From positions 868,001 through 932,000 of the forward strand of contig JASVEC010000019.1 in the NCBI GenBank assembly GCA_030770535.1: DNA of 64,000 nt, written 5' to 3'. The notes below the pieces were generated by a model. It was not told the origin of the DNA. It saw nothing but the letters and a program-made list of their open reading frames with translations, and searched no databases. This document shows, one piece after another, positions 57,089 through 64,000 of this stretch (its first letter is position 1; every line of letters starts with the position of its first letter). This DNA comes from Batkoa obscura. Taxonomy: Eukaryota. Made by a program: the position numbers and the translations under genes.

Positions 57089-58879
57089 CTATAACACTAT
57101 AGAATATTTTCCCAGAAAATGAAAGTTATGTAAACTTTCTTCTATGATCTCAATTATATACTTACTATCTTCAAAATAATGAGTTCTGTCTCTATCCCTC
57201 TTAATCCAATAAACTAATTGTTGAACTTTGTTATAAATTAATTCATTCTGAGACTCTGAAAAATATAACTGTGATAAAGCGTTAATATAAAAATAGATAG
57301 TTGGAAGTAAATCCATACACGTGTCACTAATAGCCCAAGTATATCCGTCTTCAATATTATTACGATTAAACAAGCTTGAAAATAGATCCCATAACTTGTC
57401 GGCTGTTTCTAATCCAATCTTCCATAGCCAGGTGTATAATAGTGGGTGAGGATATGGACTTATATATGAAATAGGGTCAACAACATAAAGTTTACTATTC
57501 AAAAACATCAAATATCCAGAAGAACCTAATGATGGAGTGTTATCTAATTGTAGTACACCGTATGATTTTATATCATCAAGTTCCTTTAAGGATAAAAGGT
57601 GATAGCTTTTGTAATTTGTTGGTACATCATTTATCTCTTGATCTAATTCATCAATCATCTTTAACATACTATTCAAATCAAAATAGAACCTATTGATTGG
57701 ATCTATGTTTGGATTTTTTTCTAAAATATTCCTTCCATTAAGATAAGCTTGTAAAAGTTGATAATAATATGCTAGCGCTCTTGAATGATATAATGCTTCT
57801 ATAGACTTAGTATTATTAGGATTGGGAATAATAGCGGTTGTAACAATACTCTGTCTTATCCTTTTCAAGCCTACCTTTTTGACTTCATTGATGCGTAATC
57901 TAGGCATAGTAGGCAAACAAACCATTTTATCTCTAATGTGAATTAAAGGTGTTATTTTATTATACCTTAGGATTAAAGGATGCTCTATTATATTATCTAA
58001 AGTGATATGAATAAATATTATAAGTTCCCATATTTTTTCCTTCCATGAATCTTCAATAGGATTTTTTGTAAATAAAAATACACTCTTTTCTTTTTCTTCG
58101 GGTATTATTTGTAACATTCCAGCCATCCTTACTGCTTGTCCTAAATATATGTTAGCTAAAGAATAGTTTTTAGTATATAAATATTCTCCAGCAATTAAAG
58201 TGATTGCAACTACATTTTCTAAGCTTGGATTACTATAACTTTGAATAATCATACTTTGGATATCTTTAGTGTTATTAAGTAATAGCTGTTTGTATTCTTT
58301 TGGAAGTTCTACTAAACTCAATAATGATTGTAAAAGCATTGCTTTTAATAAACTTGGTTCTTTTTTTTTAAATATACGTTCCAATACTGGAGCTGTAAAC
58401 CATAATCCATCTGGATCTAAAAGCTGATGATAAATACTAATAAAACATACCAAAAGTTCTGAAGGCATTAACTCATCTACTTTATTTGGAGTGACATATA
58501 ACTCTCTCTCTGGACAACAGCACAAACAACTATTCATGAACATCAACTTTTGACTATTTCTTATCAATTGAGTATAATGGGATATCCCTTTTTCAAAATA
58601 AGCTATAAATTTTGCCTCTGTAATTTTATATTTTTCTTTGTGTAATTTGTTAGACTTATTTTTCAATTCTATCAATCTTTTTTTTGTAACCAAACATTCC
58701 TTTGACCATCTAAGATAACTCTTTATTAAACCACTAAATTCATTAGCTGGATAGGCCAGTAAATTGCTCTTTATACTAGAAAAAACATCCGTCAACTCCC
58801 TTTCAATTTTTTCTATCCTTTCGACAGCTTTAAATCTGTAAGATTCTCTATAACTTCCTGAATTCTCATTATTTTTCAT
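57089..58879 (-). CDS. MHR-like family member 7
   Basis: 596-aa intronless ORF; tandem paralogue of member 6. Confidence 0.8.
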   Translation of the reverse strand: MKNNENSGSYRESYRFKAVERIEKIERELTDVFSSIKSNLLAYPANEFSGLIKSYLRWSKECLVTKKRLIELKNKSNKLHKEKYKITEAKFIAYFEKGISHYTQLIRNSQKLMFMNSCLCCCPERELYVTPNKVDELMPSELLVCFISIYHQLLDPDGLWFTAPVLERIFKKKEPSLLKAMLLQSLLSLVELPKEYKQLLLNNTKDIQSMIIQSYSNPSLENVVAITLIAGEYLYTKNYSLANIYLGQAVRMAGMLQIIPEEKEKSVFLFTKNPIEDSWKEKIWELIIFIHITLDNIIEHPLILRYNKITPLIHIRDKMVCLPTMPRLRINEVKKVGLKRIRQSIVTTAIIPNPNNTKSIEALYHSRALAYYYQLLQAYLNGRNILEKNPNIDPINRFYFDLNSMLKMIDELDQEINDVPTNYKSYHLLSLKELDDIKSYGVLQLDNTPSLGSSGYLMFLNSKLYVVDPISYISPYPHPLLYTWLWKIGLETADKLWDLFSSLFNRNNIEDGYTWAISDTCMDLLPTIYFYINALSQLYFSESQNELIYNKVQQLVYWIKRDRDRTHYFEDSKYIIEIIEESLHNFHFLGKYSIVL

Positions 58880-59073
58880 AAATTTTAAACTCTAGTTATT
58901 AAACTGAAATATATATATTGATAATTTGTAAATTATATATTAAGAATATTACTTGTAATATTAAGCTTAGCTATAAATCTTTATTGAAGCCTATTTTTAA
59001 ACTAAGACATATTCTTAAAACAAAAAGCAGTTCTGCTTTTAAGTAAAAATCACTAGTTGGAAATTTAAATTAT

Positions 59074-59164
59074 GGGGATGTATTTTTTTGTAAGAATTTA
59101 CAATTTTTCCGCCCAAATAGCACTTAAAAAATAGAAAAAATAATGAAACCAAAAAAACATCCCC
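59074..59164 (+). mobile_element. MITE family A copy
   Basis: GGGGATGT...ACATCCCC with TTAT duplicated. Confidence 0.92.
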
Positions 59165-59334
59165 TTATTCTTAAATGCAAAATTGTAGCATTGCACAGAC
59201 TACAAGATTATTATAATTAGCAGCTTAAACCTTTAATATTTTATCAGTATTCACTTTGATTTCTAGATACCTTACTAATAGTTCAAAATCCAAAGTTTAT
59301 CATACTATAAAGATTAAAAGCTTTGTACAACATT

Positions 59335-59431
59335 GGGAGTGTTTTTTTTGACTTCATTATTTTTTCCATTTTTAAGCGCTATTTAAGCGGAAAATTTATT
59401 AGTAAAATTCTTAAACACAAAAATACATCCC
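59335..59431 (-). mobile_element. MITE family A copy
   Basis: GGGAGTGT...ACATCCC with CATT on both flanks (right boundary uncertain by 1 bp). Confidence 0.88.
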
Positions 59432-59746
59432 CATTAATTATTATAAAGTGTGAAAATAGTAATTTATTCAGCTGATTTTGCCCATCAATATATTTAATAA
59501 AGAGAAACAGGAACTAACTATTATTCAAAACCACATATATTTTAATAAAACACTGTATTTATTTACTATGTTTTTAGAAATTCATTTATTAATTAAATAA
59601 AACTTTAATAGTGAAAATGGAATGTCAAAATCGTCGAATTTTATTTCTAAACTATAAGGTATTAACATGGTAGTATTCGATAAAAATTATCCATGCAGTG
59701 TAATTTTTACTCAAAAACCAGACAGTAATCTATGTTCGATCTTTTA

Positions 59747-60424
59747 TTAATAGTTAGAACCATCAACTGTATTTCCTAATAAAAACCTTCTTTCTAGTAA
59801 TTCCTTATCTAAGCAATCTCTATAAAACACATCTGCAGGTACATTAATTTGTTTTTTATCTTTATAGCATTTCTTAACCTTCCTAAGTAGTTGGTAGTGA
59901 GCGATACGACAAGCTAAAGAGTTGCCAGAAATAGGATATTCTTTTTGAAAGAAACCCCATTTAGTGCAATCAAACAGATATTGATCATTGGAATTAAATG
60001 TAATCAATTCGCTGAATAATTTATTAACTAAATTATTACCAACAATGAGTGGTTTAAAATCATCTTCTACAATAACACAAAACTTCTTTTTACATAAACC
60101 TAACAAGTTAAATAATAGTTGATGGATTTTAATTTCTTTCGGAGTTAATTCGAAAAACTCATTATCTGGCTTCTCTAGGGTGACTCCCTTTAAAGATTGG
60201 ACTTCTATTCCTGCTTCTGTAAATGTTTTCACTAATGTTTTTGAGCGATACTTGCTTTGGTCACTCATTACTAAAACTAGAACACTTTCAGTAATAAATT
60301 CACTTTTCTTTTCATCCTTTATCAAATGGTTGATTACATAACCTTCTTTGAGATATGTTTTGATCAGGTAGGTACCCAATATTATACTAACAATTAACAG
60401 TAACAGCTTCTGAATGACTCTCAT
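59747..60424 (-). CDS. Type II membrane protein, putative GT25-like glycosyltransferase
   Basis: N-terminal signal-anchor; 'LTPKE', 'CVIVEDDF' and 'PADVFY' occur in the order of the GT25 motifs LT.GE, LILEDD and P.D. Confidence 0.5.
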   Translation of the reverse strand: MRVIQKLLLLIVSIILGTYLIKTYLKEGYVINHLIKDEKKSEFITESVLVLVMSDQSKYRSKTLVKTFTEAGIEVQSLKGVTLEKPDNEFFELTPKEIKIHQLLFNLLGLCKKKFCVIVEDDFKPLIVGNNLVNKLFSELITFNSNDQYLFDCTKWGFFQKEYPISGNSLACRIAHYQLLRKVKKCYKDKKQINVPADVFYRDCLDKELLERRFLLGNTVDGSNY

Positions 60425-60928
60425 TTTTAACAAAGGTGTAAAGGTATAAAATAAATTGAATAGTTCTTAATATAAATATTTTTTTGAGTTTTGCTCCAAT
60501 TAAATTAATTTCGGGAACCTTCAATAAGAATAAATATTATATAATTATTTCTTAAAATGGCATTTTAAAGGCTAATACTTGTTCTTTGTGTTACAAAATT
60601 TTGCTCAAAATGAAATTAAATCTGCTTTTTCTAACCAATAATAGTTACAAATATAGTAAACTTTTAGGATAAATGAGTTAGTTCTAAAAATAATATTGCG
60701 TCATCTTTAATAAAATATTTCTTTACTTTAAACTATATTAATCTGTTAAACAGTACTTCAAAATCTTAAAATTCTTGTCATTAATATAACATAATATATT
60801 CCTTGGCTTTATCTTTCAGTATTTTTTAGATGACAATAGTATTATAGTATGCCTGTTTTTTGATAAATTTGTTTAAAATTAATCTAAGGATAAATGTACA
60901 ATTTTTAATATAATTAAATAATTTAAAA

Positions 60929-61361
60929 CACGGAGAAATAATATAGTATTTTTAATACATCATGTTTATTTCAAGATAAATATTTGAATAAATTATAATA
61001 ATAAAAATCAATAATAATCTGAACTGAAAGTAAACAAGATATAAAAATTCAATAATAGTATAAATTGAAGTAATTGCTATCAAAACTATACCAATTTCTA
61101 TTATGAATTTCTATATTTTATTTATTTACACTTTCTACTATTATTGAATTTTTATATCTTGTTTACTTTCAGTTCAGATTATTATTGATTTTTATTATTA
61201 TAACTTGTTTAAATACTTGAAATAAACATGTGGGAATGTTTTTTTTGGTTTCATTACTTTCTCTATTTTTTAAGCACTATTTGAGTGGAAAGATTGCTGG
61301 TAAAATTCTTAATGAAAAAATACATCCCCATGTATTAAAAATACTGTGTGATATTTTCATA
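60929..61361. mobile_element. Foldback element with ~130-bp inverted arms and a nested MITE
   Basis: 60993-61060 is the exact reverse complement of 61136-61203; the arms continue imperfectly outward across the MITE; the left end starts CACGG. Confidence 0.8.
61232..61329 (-). mobile_element. MITE family A copy nested in the foldback arm
   Basis: GGGAATGT...ACATCCCC with ATGT duplicated. Confidence 0.92.
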
Positions 61362-61459
61362 GTTTAGCCTAAACATTAATTGAAATTCAGTTTAAAAGAC
61401 TTAAATTATGATACATACAATTGAACTTTTATTATTTAAAAAAATGATACAAAAAATAA

Positions 61460-62467
61460 CTAAAATGAATGCAAATCAAGTGCCTGTAACAAAGCAAAGG
61501 TATCTAGCCTAGTTCTTGGGTTTCTGTCCAACATTTTAGAAAGTAAATCAGCAAGGTATGGGTCAATTCCTTGTTTTAAAAAGAAATTGATACCATGATA
61601 CCTCTTGAAAAAGGGGTCTTTCGCTTTAGCCAATGTCCATGGGAAATGTCCTTTAATTAGGATAAAGAGTATAATCCCTAATGACCATACATCCGCTTTG
61701 AATTGACAATAACCTTCTTGGTGCTCCAATACTTCAGGTGCTAGATAAGATAAAGAACCTATTAATTCACTTGTAGATTCAGTAGGGGTAATAGATGAGG
61801 AAGTAAAAGAAGTGATTTTCAATTTATTCTTTATGAAATAAATATTTTCCAACTTTAAATCACGATGTACAATATTTCTTTGATGTAGATAATTTAAACC
61901 TTGTAATAATTGTTTAATAAAATTGATAGACTCCCTTTGAATTAATTTTGAGTCGTATCTTGTTAACTTTAATAAATCTTTATTACAATATTCATATAAA
62001 AATATAATTTGATTGTTTAATACTATTAAATCTATTAATGGTAATACATTTTCATGCTCTATAATTGTTATAATATAAAGTTCATTTAATAATAAATTCA
62101 TCATTAAATCATTGTTATATATTTCTTTGACGTTATATTTAGTTGGTTTACCAATTAATAAGAAAGAGGGGTCTGTTTTACTTTCTAATAAATAAGAAGG
62201 GTCGCCATAACCTAAGCCAATCTTTAAATTTAATTTATTGTAATTACGATATGAGTTTGTCTTTATACGATGATTTAACCATTTCAATAAATTGAGTTTG
62301 ATTGCTTCATTTATTGTTGGTGTAGTTAAGGTTGGCAAGTAGGTAGCAGTATACTTTGGCTCTAAATTTAATAATTCTTCTTCTACTAACGTAGATTTTG
62401 TTAATTTTGGTGTGGTAGATATTATAATGTCAGCAACGTTATTTATATAATTCTTCAAATAAACCAT
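61460..62467 (-). CDS. Ser/Thr kinase-fold protein (HAL/NPR-like or CAMK-group), probable pseudokinase
   Basis: 'HRDLKLEN', 'GSLSYLAPE', 'DVWSLG' and 'FPW.LA...DP.F' are present; DFG reads SFT and the N-lobe is degenerate. Confidence 0.8.
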   Translation of the reverse strand: MVYLKNYINNVADIIISTTPKLTKSTLVEEELLNLEPKYTATYLPTLTTPTINEAIKLNLLKWLNHRIKTNSYRNYNKLNLKIGLGYGDPSYLLESKTDPSFLLIGKPTKYNVKEIYNNDLMMNLLLNELYIITIIEHENVLPLIDLIVLNNQIIFLYEYCNKDLLKLTRYDSKLIQRESINFIKQLLQGLNYLHQRNIVHRDLKLENIYFIKNKLKITSFTSSSITPTESTSELIGSLSYLAPEVLEHQEGYCQFKADVWSLGIILFILIKGHFPWTLAKAKDPFFKRYHGINFFLKQGIDPYLADLLSKMLDRNPRTRLDTFALLQALDLHSF

Positions 62468-63598
62468 CTTAAAAATTAAATGTTAAGTTTCATTTTGTTA
62501 CATTTATATACTCTTTTTCGCTTTATTCCTTTATCTTGGTAACATCAGATGATTTAATTATCATTGAACAGATGTTTAATTTTTAAAATATATGGCCATA
62601 TTAAGTAATGTTTCTGTTAAAATACAGTTTAAAATCTATGGTACTTAGATATTTTAAACACTGTGGATTTTATTCAAACCAATGATAATGAAAATCCTTG
62701 AAATATAAATAATTTCAGCAAATCAGATTAATGAATTGATAAATTAATTATTTCATTTGTTCTCAAATTCATAAAACAATACCCAAACCAATTTATTAAT
62801 TATCTGAGTAAAAATTTAACTTTAAATAGAAAGGCATCGATCTAAATTTTAACAATCATGATACAAAATAAATTAATTAACCTTAAAGAGTTAATAAATC
62901 TAACAAATTTAAAGATAAAAGTAAATCAATATATTGTATTAAAAAATCAAAAAATCATTGAAATATCTCCATAACATATTCTAATAATAAAAAAACTGTT
63001 GTAAAGTCATATTTATTAAAGTTCCTTTAAGTGAAAAGTTTAACCATTTTTTATTACTAATAAATCATTGAATATAATAAATTATTCAAGTATAATGAAA
63101 TTTATTCTTAGTTTCTTTATATTTATGTCATTTCCTATTACACAATAATAATGTTAATATTAATAAAATGAAAGACACTAATTATTGTGATAAAAATATT
63201 AAATATTAAACTATGGCATACTAAAACTATTATAATATAACACCCGTTTTCCAGGGTGTTTAAAGCTTTAATGGAAACTTTAAACTAAACGGGACTAAAT
63301 AATATATTTGTTTTTAAAAAGTTGCCACCTTTTATAACTGTAAAAATAAATATTACGACTACATTGTGATTCGAATAAGTTATAATCAAGCGTAATTAGA
63401 TGAAATAATCATAATAAAATTTAAGCTTAAATTAAACATTATAAATAACTATGGAATATATAAAAATCGATTAGCTTATAAATAAAGTTAAATACAATTG
63501 AAGTTAATAATAGTCATAGATAATGAGATAAATAGGTAAATAAATTTAATGAGATTAAATCACAATAACCTTATTTATTTTTAGATGAAATAGTATAT

Positions 63599-63694
63599 GG
63601 GGGTGTTTTTTGACTTGATTATTTTTTCCATTTTTAAGCGCTATTTTAGTAGAAAAATTGTTAGTAAAATTCTTAAATACAAAAGTACGTCCCC
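63599..63694 (-). mobile_element. MITE family A copy
   Basis: GGGGGTGT...ACGTCCCC with ATAT duplicated. Confidence 0.9.
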
Positions 63695-63870
63695 ATATCC
63701 TAAATATCACTAAAACTATTTGTTTTACTTTTTAATTACAGACTAATAACTTGATGTGATTAATTTAAAAAAGACAAAGCTGTCTATTTTACCATTTCAG
63801 TATTAGTAACTAATGTATTATAATTTTATGTTAACGTTTTATACATTCTATCAATCTATAATAAATGAAG

Positions 63871-63926
63871 TTAACTTGTATTAACTTGTATTAACTTGTA
63901 TTAACTTGTATTAACTTGTATTAACT
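63871..63926. repeat. Perfect tandem repeat (TTAACTTGTA) x5.6
   Basis: Directly visible. Confidence 0.95.
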
Positions 63927-64000
63927 GGACCAAAGATCTAACCTAAAGCTCTGTGACCAAAAATCATCAACATCTGCTTATGTATTATTTTGCCTAACTA

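Noticed and set aside
5877..63694. Recurring GGGGATGT repeats as a CRISPR array or regulatory motif
   Set aside because: Dispersed, in both orientations, with TIRs and TSDs; no repeat-spacer periodicity and no cas genes.
63871..63926. 10-bp tandem repeat as a telomere
   Set aside because: Short, internal, not G-rich and followed by unique sequence.

Overview
Very AT-rich eukaryotic DNA with short (mostly 45-75 bp) GT-AG introns, Zn2Cys6 transcription factors and F-box relics. It is fungal, and most consistent with an early-diverging lineage such as Conidiobolus-like Entomophthoromycotina (inference only). Ordinary genes: VPS45, MIC60, a phytochelatin synthase, a GILT-like thiol reductase, an Aa_trans permease, a stand-alone SRA1/Sec31-C protein and two tRNA-Ala(AGC). 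Notable content: (1) seven intronless ~590-600 aa paralogues that align to the middle homology region (MHR) of the window's own Zn2Cys6 factors but carry an unrecognised helical/basic N-terminus instead of the zinc cluster, two of them with patchwork near-identity; (2) at least 17 copies of a ~97-bp MITE with GGGG...CCCC ends and 4-bp target-site duplications (TSDs), plus a decayed Sola2-like transposase whose frame is restored when one MITE and its TSD are removed; (3) four surface kelch-type beta-propeller genes; (4) four F-box/LRR-like pseudogenes and two damaged secreted Cys-rich peptide genes; (5) two hairpin/foldback elements, a degenerate hammerhead-like motif behind a tRNA, a DFG-less kinase and a probable spliced 65-aa microprotein. 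All calls are by eye; no database search was run.
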